NCBI GenBank assembly: GCA_032718475.1
Contig: JAUCBJ010007358.1
Coordinates: 34,454 to 98,453 of the forward strand
Length of the DNA: 64,000 nt
DNA from: Nemertoderma westbladi
Lineage: Eukaryota; Animalia; Xenacoelomorpha
Reading direction: 5' to 3'
A program made the translations under genes and the position numbers. A model generated the notes under the pieces. It was not told the DNA's origin, searched no databases, and saw only the letters and a program-made list of their open reading frames with translations. Below are positions 1-11,962 of this stretch, in pieces. The first letter of the stretch is position 1; the number at the start of each line of letters is the position of its first letter.

Positions 1-963
1 TTCTGCAGTTGCTTACCATTGTTATACTTATCAGAGGGAGAAATGTTTATTGGCCAGTTGATTCAAAACGCTAATAGGATATGAGGTTGTTATATTGCTA
101 GGCTGTAGGCTACAGTGAACATGTGTTTGCTTAGTTAAGAGTCGTAGCGTATTCTGATTGGTTAGTTAGTTTATATTCCCCTATTGTAATAATTGTAGAT
201 GCCATATAGTTGATTATACGCGGTATATAAATCCGAGAAATATTGCAATATGCAGTGTGTGTAGCATTCTTCCAATATTTTACAGTACCTGCAGTTTTGT
301 CTGTGATGTGAGCAATATTTAGATTATATTTTACTCGGTGTGCCTGGACTACTTATGTGATATAATGTGTTGTAGTGTACAAGTACTCGATATTTCGTGA
401 ATATTTTATTGTGCATTGCGTTTGATAACTGCAACTACAAACAGGATTAAAGCCGTTGGGACCAGTTTCAATAATCGTAGCGTTACCCTATTAGAGCTGT
501 AAGTATATCCTTATATTAATTCTATATTAGACGTTATTCAATATATTACTATTCATGTTATATTTATGTACATTCAACCACGTTTTCAGCCGCCATTAGT
601 TATCCAGCCCGTGTCCCTAGTATCACTTTATCTAAATGTCCCCACATCAAAGATAGACCGCTATATTTCCCTTTCTGATCCCGTTGTTGTCTTAAGTCAC
701 TGCCACACTCAACCCGACTCAACTCTACCCTATACCCAAAACAAACATTTATTGCCAGACCAGTCCGAGTCTTTGTGCTTCACCCTAAGCTACCATTTTA
801 TATCTTACTTACTTACTTACTGGTAGCTACAATAGTGGGTCGCCACTATTGGCTACAGTAGTTTCCAGGCCGTAGTATAATTAAAGAAGCACATTGTAAC
901 ATATTTATTTAAATCCTTCCCGTTTCGTTTTCGCGCGGCGAAGCTGGAATGACCTTATAAATT

Positions 964-1412
964 TGTTACGGGTGGTCTGGCAACCGCTACTTATAATTAG
1001 GCCCTCGCTTTGGTTGCGCAGCCGAGCGAGGACCATTTCTCTTTGTATTTGTAGACAACGTATCGCGATACAACCCTAGCAGCACACACCCACGCCACAT
1101 TATATATATTTGTTTCTAGCCAATTTGGTTATGTAGGTATCGTAATTGTATATAGTTTGTATTGAAACACGACCATAATCATTTGTAACAATAAGTGTAT
1201 ATAATTTTAGAAATTACACAATATTTTAGAATTTTGATATCAAATAAGTAACTAATAATTACTGTTATACTGTATATTCGGTCCTTTTCATTAATTTCAT
1301 GTCATTATTAACCAACTAACAAGATTGAGTTAAATATCGTCATCATTGTCAACTGTACTCTGCTTGTTAATTAAGTCACTACGACGTATACATAATAATA
1401 AATTTTGTTGCA
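964..1412 (+). mobile_element. Candidate 5' LTR of the BEL/Pao element
   Basis: Starts TGTTA and ends TTGCA. TATA-like run near 1101 and AATAAA near 1397. Ends 32 nt before the gag ATG. No second LTR is present to confirm it. Confidence 0.3.
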
Positions 1413-1444
1413 GTAAAGGAAAAATAATATTTAATTAAAATAAA

Positions 1445-4400
1445 ATGTCAGATCATTACAGTACTAGTGCTGCATTGAGTTCCTCATGCGATTCGCAATC
1501 AGAAGATTTGTGCTGGGACGATGCTGCAATGGAACTCACCCCAGCAGAAAGGTCCCATTCAGATTCATTAGCAGCATCTCAAACAGAACGTCAAGCTAAT
1601 GAAATAGAGCAGCAGTGCTCTACAGTGTCTGTATCAGACACACAAAATCAACACCAAGACGACCCTAGGAATTTATTCGAAACCAGACAGGCTCCCGACA
1701 ATACCATGCTTCGAAGGTCTACCCGTCTACCAACCAGGAACTACAGCTCAGCTGTCAATCATGAGCAACAAGTTGCCATTCGAAGACGATTGGCAGCTTA
1801 TAAAGGGAGCCTTACTCAACTTTATAAATCTGAACAGCGCCTGAGTCAGAGTGATTTATATTTAACCCCATTAGCTGTATTTAGAACGCATGTGCATAGC
1901 ATGGAATTGAGCTGGAAAAATATAGAAAGAAGTTACAAAGCGTTGGTGACTCTATGTCTTGAAGATGGGGATGATCGATTAGCATTAGATTACGACCAAG
2001 ATTTACAGATTGCTGAGAACAATTTTTTCCAACACATGCGAATCGCTGAGGAACTAAATGACCAGGCCCAAATTTCACAGCAATCAAAAATTTTAAATGC
2101 AACCGTTTCAGTAACCAACAGGCCTCATATTCCACTTGTCACCACTGTGGATTCAATAAATGCAGTCCTTCCTGTAACTGCTGATTTGGTCACAGCTGCC
2201 CTGGAACAATCTGGAATAAATTTACCCTACGATGGGTTATCCCCAGCCACAGCTCAATCAGCTGGTACTGTAGTAATAGGAGAACGCCCCAAAGGCCAGA
2301 ACACCCCCGCTAAAGCCTTATCCTTTATTCATGCAGGTACAGGTGTGAACGCAAGTACAGATCAACCCGAAACTCAGTTAAATAGAGATGTACATGGGTG
2401 GCTTAATTCGAATCACAATAACAGCCAGTCACAAATAAGTATACCCCTTGAGCCCAAATCTAAGGAATTCCAAAGGATACAAGGTGAGTTCGATACTGCA
2501 GTGGCACAAGGAACCATTGAAAAATATTCTTATCGAACTCTAAAGGGTTTAAGACGAGAAAATGAATTACAAAATGAAATTGTCCCTAATGATTCCGTCT
2601 CCAATGTAGGAAGTAGGTATCATAAACGAGCTACTTCAAAGGCATCATCCAAGGTGTCACGAGTCACCCAATCTGAAACGGGAAGGTCTAACATTATGGC
2701 TGCCCGCAGAGAAGCTGAGCTTCTATCTTTAAAAGCAGAGATGGGGAAGGAGGCAGAAGAGATGAAACTTCTTGAGCAAAGCAGACTCGATGCTCACCGC
2801 GCTGAGCATGAGCATCAAGAGCGAGCATTAAAGGTGAAAGTAAAGTTACAGGAAGCTAATGACAATGCAAAATTAGCCAGGGCCAGATTAAAATTATTGG
2901 AACGGGATGCTGTATTAAGGGATTTCGCCCAAAATAAATCTGGGGAAAAAATTCAGGAAACAAAAAATTCGCGAATATCGATAGACCCTGATGTTCCATG
3001 TGCCAATGCAAGTATTTCTATTAGTGACAACATTAATGTGATACCGGTACCTGTTAGTAGTGTTAGTGTTAGTAGAGTGCAAATGGAGCGGAGTGCTGAA
3101 GTACCAAATGGACGTATGGGTGGAAGTGGAGTTGGTACACCTGTTCGTGCGACTGTTGAAGTGTGTAATGCAGCCAGTGGAAAAAGTAATGTACCGAAAT
3201 TTATGTTAGTGGATAATGGTGTAGCAGGTACTAGTTACATTAGCCCTAGTTATCAACCCAAAAATGATCCTAATGTTTTAGATAAAATTTCAAAATATCA
3301 GCCATCGAATGTTAATGAAAATGAATCAGTTCAGCTTGATAATGATGCTTCGGTGTCTATCGATGTTCATAATTGCCAAAATAAAGCCACTGCAGTAAAC
3401 CGAACTGCACCTCACTCTGGGAATGTCAGTACATTCCCCGATACTGTAGGGAATTCCAAAGATCACTCTATAAAATTGACTGAGCATGAGCTTGAACAGC
3501 CCAAAATGGATAACTTAGAGCCGAGATTACACATTCAAGCGAAAGGTGGGTCAGTGTCTTTGGGCCACACGCAGTCGACACCTGGCCTAAAAGTGAAATC
3601 GATTAGAGTGGCACGGTACCATACATCCTACTCAGATGCACCACAGCATAACTGTTTTGAATATGTTGATACTCCTGTAAAGCATTCAAACTTTATTGCA
3701 TCTACAGCAAGGTCATTGAACCCAATTAAACGACCAGTAACTGGAAGGGCAGCCGAACTTGACACAATTATTGAAGAGAAACAAGATGGCAATGACCAGG
3801 AATGTGCTGCATGCTTGCAAGGAGGGCCTCTTGCAGCAGTACACTACAACCCACGTGGCACCCCATATCATTTGCAAGCTGGCCCAAATCCAATAGCCAT
3901 TCCACACCCTGTACCAGTGTTTAAATCTCGTATCCAACCACCATTCCTACCTCGACCATACGGGAGCAATGGCATAAGAGCAACTCAGGAGCATTCCTTG
4001 GTAAAACCCCCTTTAGTGCCTGCTCCCATTTATGTACCTGCAAAGCAGACTACAGAATTATCAACTGTGCTTAATCCTGCAGCCATCGTCAGCCCAGTGC
4101 TGTCTGAGCCAGAACCTATATATATTAGTTGCAATTCACAAAGACAGGTCACAAACGTTTACTCTCCCGACCAACAACAACCACAGAATATGTTCGAACC
4201 CGATGATCACAAGCAGTCAGTTACCATGGCAACACAAACAGAATCTCATGGTAGGAAAGCGAGTGGAGAACAAGACAGAAATTACAACAAAGTAATTATT
4301 TCCAGTCCTAGAAAGATAACCAAAGTAAGAGAACATGAGGTGGATACAGATATGCCTGACGAACCTGAACATTCAAGTTCCAGAAGCAATGAAATATGTG

Positions 4401-7400
4401 ACAGTAGGGTAAGAGGTCGGCTAATTTCTAAGGCTGATACTATTTTAGCTCAGATTCTGGGTACACACAACGATTCGAACTCTAATTCAATCCTTGGCAC
4501 TGGCGCAGTTACAAATAATATAGGACAGTCAACAACTACAGAATCAGTTTGGAAAAATGTTGTTATGCGTTTAACATTGCCACCACAAATTCCAGAACCA
4601 TTCACTGGTAATCCTATTGAGTTTGTCAGCTTCATTCAAACCTTTTATGACAGAGTTCATGTCCATGACATTACAGACTCTGAAAGACTTAATTACCTGT
4701 TACAATATACCCGTGGAACACCACATACTGCTATTCGGAAGGTGAAAGGGCTGCAGTCTGGATATGCTAAAGCCTTGGAAATACTAAATGACCGTTATGG
4801 AAATTCATTACAAATAGTTGATAAGACAATATCCCAACTCGTTGATATCTCTCGCCTGGGTGATAATGATATCATTGGATTGAGAGAATTGGCTGATAAC
4901 CTCATGCAAGCAACACAGTTATTGGAACAAATGGGACGGTCTAATGAAATGAATAGTGTAGAGCATATGAAAAGAATAATAAGTGTCTGCCCCACTCATG
5001 TGCAGTATAAATGGCAAAAACGTGTTCATGAATTAAAAATGATCCATAAGAGACAACCAACTTTCAATGATGTAGTACAGCATATTGAATGGTCAGCAGG
5101 AGTGTCCTGTAACTCAGTATTTAAAGTCAATAGAAAGGCTATCGAAGATTCCACATCATCATCTCAAGGATATGGCAAGGGCCAGAACAAGGATCGGGGA
5201 GGCAATAATAAAACAACATTTCGTCCACCAAATGATGGATCACAACACAATTCCTTTGAGAATTTGCCAGGGAGGCTGGGATTTCCACAACATCCCCGTG
5301 CAACCATGTTACTCACTGATACCCATTACGGAAATACCAATCAACAACCCTATGGAGTAAATCAAGGCTACACCCATATGTCAGAAAATGGACCATATCC
5401 TTTGCATCATGTTGCACCACCACCTTTATCAAATCCAGACTATCGACATCAGCCACTGACGGCACGATTTCAATCTCCAATGCAACTACAACAAACCTAT
5501 CGTAAACCTGTATTAAACCCAAATAAACAGCAACAACCCAATAAGAATCATACAAATCCAACAGGTCCATCTATAGTCAGACCTTTCAAGGAGGCAGCAT
5601 ACAAGTGCATTTACTGTGGTGGAATTGGTCACCGAATATATTCATGTGGATCCTTCATGAAACTGAACCTAGGGGAAAGGCAGAAACATGTTGAAAGCAA
5701 CAATTGGTGCACTAATTGTCTAGGAATGCACCTCACAGAAAAATGTCAGTCGAAAGCAACATGCACAAAATGTGGTAGAAACCACCATACTCTACTCCAC
5801 CCACTGAGCAGTACACCAGCTCATCAATCAATGCATCCTAAGCCACGGGAAGGTGAAATTGGTCTTCTTGTAAATACAGAATATCTGGGAGCTATGGTAC
5901 CAGTTATTCCTGTACTGATTAAGTTTATGGATAGAATTCCTATCACTACCTTCGCCATATTGGATGGAGGATCTACCACCTGTTTCTTGGATAAAGGAGT
6001 AGTGGATTTGATGAACATTCCATCAGAAAAAAGGTTCATAAAAGTAAATACATTATTAGAAAATGGTGTTCTTGTCGAAATAGCTAGAACTCAGTGTACA
6101 ATAAGCGCTATGCTACCGGGATATCATGGGGAACTAGTTATGAACAATATGAATGTTCACGAAAGCATGCACTTTGACACACAATTACCTGACTCAAGGA
6201 TGATTGATTGGCCCCATTTTTATAACATTAGAGATAAATTAGACTACCCACCTGTCGATGTTCATAAGATTTCTGTGATTTTGGGAAGCAATGTACCAGC
6301 AGCACACATACGGACTGCACAGTGCTGGGGGAGTGATGTGAATAAACAACCCTTTGCGATAGAAGGCATATTTGGATGGTGTGTGACTGGTCCTAGACTT
6401 TGCTATATAGAGGAGTCAATGCAAGCCTGTGTGGGGGAAGTGATGGACAACCCTTCACTAATAGAAACATTGAACAAACCAATATACGATCCAATAAATT
6501 ATCCAATAAGTACCGATCCTGATAATGATCTTTACACACAGTTGGCACACTTTTGGAGCCAAGAGGGACAAGGCTTTACAACACCTGAAGGTAAGGTGTA
6601 CAAAACTGAAAGTGATAAGAGAGCTATAAATCTCCTAGAGAAGGCCGTACTTTTGCCAACTGGGCATTACCAGGTACCACTGTTATTCAAACATGAAGAC
6701 CGACAGTTAATAAATAACAAACCACTCGCTATTGCAAGATTGAAAAGTCTGACAAAAAGATTTGCCACAAACCCAGGAAGAGAGAACGAGTACAGAGAAA
6801 TTTTGGAGGATTATATAGCAAAAGGTTATGCTAGAAAGTTAGAGACTGAGGAGCTTGCAGATGATCATAATGCATATTATCTCCCTCATCACTATGTAGT
6901 AAATCCAAATAAAGATAAGATTCGAATTGTGTTCGATGCAGCTGCAACATACAAAGGAATGTCTTTGAACTCACAACTTCTGGAAGGACCAAATGCTACC
7001 AACGACCTATTAGGCGTACTGATGAGATTTAGGCAGGATAAAATTGCATTTTCCTGTGACATTGAATGTATGTTCTATCAAGTAAACACGACTGAAGAAG
7101 ATTCTAATAGCCTAAGATTCTTATGGTATGACAAGGATTCAAAGAAACGCGATCCTGATGTATACAAAATGGTTGTTCAGATATTTGGAGCACGTTCATC
7201 CCCATGTTCCGCCTGCTCAATGGTGCGAAAGACCGCGAAAGATAATATTCAAGACTTCTCCCCACAAGTAATAAAGACTATACTTAGTGGTTTCTATGTC
7301 GATGATGGGATGAAATCGACTGGATCAGTTAATGAAGCTTATGAGATCGCAACTGGTTTAATCGAATGCTTGAAGAAAGGTGGTTTTAATCTAACAAAAT

Positions 7401-10217
7401 TTAAAAGCAATTAGCGGGAACTTCTTGATAAGCTTCCACAAACGAAGAGAGCTGACCCAAACCTAGACCTTGACCTCGACAAACTCCCTACAACCCGGGC
7501 ATTAGGTGTTAAGTGGGACACGGAGGCAGATACCTTCAGTATTAAAGTCAGCCCAAGAAAGTTTCCAACTACAAAACGGAATTGTTTATCTAGTTTGGCA
7601 TCTATTTATGACAAATTAGGATTAGTTGCTCCTGTATTACTTATCGGCAAGAGATTTATGCGGGAGTTGTCCATATCAACCCCTAGCTGGGATACCCAAT
7701 TGGATGTTGAGTTTCTTACACGTTGGAACGAATGGAGTCGCCAGTTGGACTGTTTGAACGAACTCTCATTACCCCGTGCTTATTTTTCGAATCGCTTGAG
7801 TTCAGATCGCATAGAACTCCATATATTTTGTGATGCCTGTGAGACTGGATTAGGAGCTGTTGCATACCTGCGTCAACTTAGGAGAGCTTTGACAGAAGAA
7901 ACACCAAATACCATTATCAATGAAAGTTGCAAACAACCGCAATATGAAGTATCGACAGCATTTGTACTGGCAAAAACCAGAACTGCGCGAAAGAAGTTTG
8001 TTTCTATACCCCGAAAGGAGTTGCAATCTTGTGTTCTTGCCACTAGAATGTCAATCATAATACATGATGAAGTAGAACTATTTATAAATGCGACACATTT
8101 TTGGAGTGATTCCAGAACGTCGTTACAATACATAGCAAACCAGGATAAAAGGTACCCAACCTACATAATTAATAGAGTCGGTGAAATCGTCAAGAGTACT
8201 AATCCAAATCAATGGCATCATGTGAAGGGAATAGACAATGTAGCTGACATGGCCAGTCGTGGGGCGTTCCCACTAGACTTCATTGATAAGTTTGACCTAT
8301 GGTCAAAAGGACCCCAATTCTTACAAACTGATGAACTAGAATGGCCAAATGCTACTCAGCAATATACTGGTAAGGACTTGGATCCTACTGCTGAAATAAA
8401 ATCTAAACGCAAAGTTAATGACATGGGCCCACGAGACGATATAGAACCTATCCCTACTAGTTCGATAGACTATGCACAATTACATTCAATTGATGTGATG
8501 ATAACAATCGAAACACCTACAAATACCACAAATCTGTTACTAGACAAGCTGCTTTCATATTATGGAGATTGGATTCCTTTGATTAGAACTGTTGCTTGGT
8601 TGGTGCGTTTTAAAATGTGGTATATTCGCTCATTTCGCTTAAGACGTAGTCTTAAGCAAAGGTTAATACCAAAGAAGAAGATTAAGGTACTACCGAAATC
8701 ATTATGTTCTAATGCAAAGTCAGTCAATGATAAAGAAGGAACAGTGAAGCCTGTGAACAAACCCAAGAAAAAACAAACGATACAAGTTGTGAAACGCGAT
8801 GTGTTAAACTCTCTGCCAAAACCAGCACCAAAATCACAGTATCCTCTAACATTAGCCGAGGTGCAGGATGCACGTGTCCTTGTATTGAAATATTCACAAC
8901 AAAAGACATATCCAACTTAACTAGCAAGTTTGAAAGTGAACAAACCCATACACAGAAACAGCAACATATTTAAGTTATGTCCCTTTCTAGGAGAGGATGG
9001 CCTAATACGTATGAACAGCCGATTGGTGAAGACACCAACAAACCCTGATATGGCACAACCCATAATCCTATCCTCCAGTTGCCCAGTGACCAGGTTGATA
9101 GTGAGGTATACACATTCAGAGAACATGCACACAGGCAGAGATCATACTTTGGCGATAGTAAGACAAATTTATTGGATTGTGGGGGGACCTGCAAAGCTCG
9201 CAACCCAACGCCACTTAACCAAATAATGGCACCTCTACCCATCGATCGCATTACAGCATTTGAACCCTGCTTTACCTACACTGGTGTTGATTATTGGGGA
9301 TTTATGCTTGTACAACAGGGCAGAAGATCTGTGAAGATGTGGGGCGTAATTTTTACTTGCCTAGTCTCTCGAGCCGTTGCACTAGACTTAGCGGAAGATC
9401 TATCTGCAAGCACATTCATAAACTGCTTCCGTAGATTTGTCTGCCAATATGGAAATGTAAAACTACTCAGATCCGACAATGGAACAAATTTCGTCGGAGC
9501 CGAAACCGAATTATCTGACGCAATCGACCACTGGGACGTTTCACGAATTCAACACAACTTAGGCCCTCAAACGAAATTTGAGTTCCAAGTACCTTATGCA
9601 CCTCACACATCTGGAGTTTGGGAACGATTGAATCGGCCTGCTAAGGACGCTTTACGTGTTGCCCTAGGAAACAAGCTAGTCACCGAAGGCGTAGTGAGAA
9701 CAGCACTCGCTGAGGCAGCAAGAATTATGAACTCAAGACCGCTCTGTAAAGTAACAGATGATCCGACTGCCGACCAGGTACTGACACCAAACGACTTGTT
9801 ATTACGTAAGATAGTTTCACCTTGCCCTGGGGTATATGAGGAGGGTGATATATATTGTCGAAAGACCTGGAAGCAGGCACAGGCATTGACTGAAATATTC
9901 TGGGATAGATGGCTTCTAGAATACTTACCGCTGTTGCGAGAAAGACAAAAGTGGTTCACTAAGAAAAGAAACCTACAACCAGGCGACCTTGTACTTCAAA
10001 TGACAGACACAAAGAATAGACGAACGTGGATCACCGGGGTGATAGACTCTGTAAATCTAGGATCCGACGGTTGTGTTAGATCAGCACAAGTTAGGTGTGG
10101 CGGCACAATCTACTCTAGACATGTCACAAAGCTATGCTTGCTCGAGGCGACAATTACAGAGGAAGAAACTGACGCAAAACGAGCAAATGAGGACTCAGCA
10201 GATTCGTCTGTAAATTC
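1445..10217 (+). mobile_element. BEL/Pao LTR retrotransposon gag-pol, disabled, antisense within RNF19 intron 4
   Basis: Gag with three Zn knuckles (CIYCGGIGHRIYSC, CTNCLGMHLTEKC, CTKCGRNHHTLLH), protease ILDGGS, RT (RIVFDAA, YVDD), RNase H (HIFCDAC, FWSDS) and integrase (GVDY, SDNGTNF, WERL), in BEL order. In-frame stops at 7412-7414 and 8918-8920. Deletion/frameshift near 9187 in the integrase Zn finger. Confidence 0.95.
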
Positions 10218-11587
10218 GACTCCCCAATACTTACTAGACATTGTTAGAGACCCCGACCCAACCAGACTCCCCAATACTTACTAGACATTGTTAGAGACCC
10301 CGACCCAACCAGACTCCCCAATACTTACTAGACATTGTTAGAGACCCCGACCCACCCAGACTCCCCAATACTTACTAGACATTGTTAGAGACCCCGACCC
10401 AACCAGACTCCCCAATACTTACTAGACATTGTTAGAGACCCCGACCCAACCAGACTCCCCAATACTTACTAGACATTGTTAGAGACCCCGACCCACCCAG
10501 ACTCCCCAATACTTACTAGACATTGTTAGAGACCCCGACCCAACCAGACTCCCCAATACTTACTAGACATTGTTAGAGACCCCGACCCACCCAGACTCCC
10601 CAATACTTACTAGACATTGTTAGAGACCCCGACCCAACCAGACTCCCCAATACTTACTAGACATTGTTAGAGACCCCGACCCAACCAGACTCCCCAATAC
10701 TTACTAGACATTGTTAGAGACCCCGACCCAACCAGACTCCCCAATACTTACTAGACATTGTTAGAGACCTCGACCCAACCAGACTCCCCAATACTTACTA
10801 GACATTGTTAGAGACCCCGACCCAACCAGACTCCCCAATACTTACTAGACATTGTTAGAGACCCCGACCCACCCAGACTCCCCAATACTTACTAGACATT
10901 GTTAGAGACCCCGACCCAACCAGACTCCCCAATACTTACTAGACATTGTTAGAGACCCCGACCCACCCAGACTCCCCAATACTTACTAGACATTGTTAGA
11001 GACCCCGACCCAACCAGACTCCCCAATACTTACTAGACATTGTTAGAGACCCCGACCCAACCAGACTCCCCAATACTTACTAGACATTGTTAGAGACCCC
11101 GACCCAACCAGACTCCCCAATACTTACTAGACATTGTTAGAGACCCCGACCCAACCAGACTCCCCAATACTTACTAGACATTGTTAGAGACCCCGACCCA
11201 ACCAGACTCCCCAATACTTACTAGACATTGTTAGAGACCCCGACCCAACCAGACTCCCCAATACTTACTAGACATTGTTAGAGACCCCGACCCAACCAGA
11301 CTCCCCAATACTTACTAGACATTGTTAGAGACCCCGACCCAACCAGACTCCCCAATACTTACTAGACATTGTTAGAGACCTCGACCCAACCAGACTCCCC
11401 AATACTTACTAGACATTGTTAGAGACCCCGACCCACCCAGACTCCCCAATACTTACTAGACATTGTTAGAGACCCCGACCCAACCAGACTCCCCAATACT
11501 TACTAGACATTGTTAGAGACTCCGATCCAGCTAGACTCCCCAATACTTACTAGACATTGTTAGAGACTCCGATCCAGCTAGACTCCC
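10218..11587. repeat. 47-bp minisatellite (~29 copies) containing the RNF19 exon-4 5' splice site
   Basis: Unit CCCCAATACTTACTAGACATTGTTAGAGACCCCGACCCAACCAGACT; the minus strand reads ...ATGTCTA|GTAAGTATTGGGG. Confidence 0.97.
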
Positions 11588-11962
11588 TTGTATGCGGCCA
11601 CCAAAAGCGTCTCGCCCCCTTCTCGCTGCTTCGCACGTCATATTTGGGTGCCAGAATTGTTTGCAATGGTAACAGAAGCAGGTGTCGCACCCCGGACGTC
11701 CACACACAATGCGGGGACAACTGGCGCATCCGGTTGCGATAACAGCGTAACCGCAATCGGGTGTGGGGCACCATCGGCAGTCCGGGTCCGTAGCCAGAAG
11801 TCGACGGAGGGTGAACTCCTCGTACTTAAGGAATACCGAGGAGGAATCCACGCCGAGGATCGCCTTTATATCGTTGGGATGGAGACGTTCCGAGCATTCC
11901 GGACAGCTGATGTTGGTACGGCTCTCCGAGATCTCGATACGGATGTATTGCTGGATACAGTC
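11551..11962 (-). CDS. RNF19: RNF19 (Dorfin-like) RBR E3 ligase, coding exon 4 (end of RING1 plus IBR)
   Basis: [25 protein letters not shown]...[38 protein letters not shown]...[15 protein letters not shown] closely matches RNF19A/B as recalled. Boundaries are tttag|GAC and A|gtaagt. Confidence 0.93.

Noticed and set aside
7412-7414. Programmed stop readthrough in the BEL element
   Set aside because: The stop falls inside the RT region rather than at the gag-pol boundary, and further lesions follow, so simple decay explains it.
10218-11587. CRISPR-like array
   Set aside because: There are no unique spacers, the context is eukaryotic, and the unit derives from the adjacent exon/intron junction.
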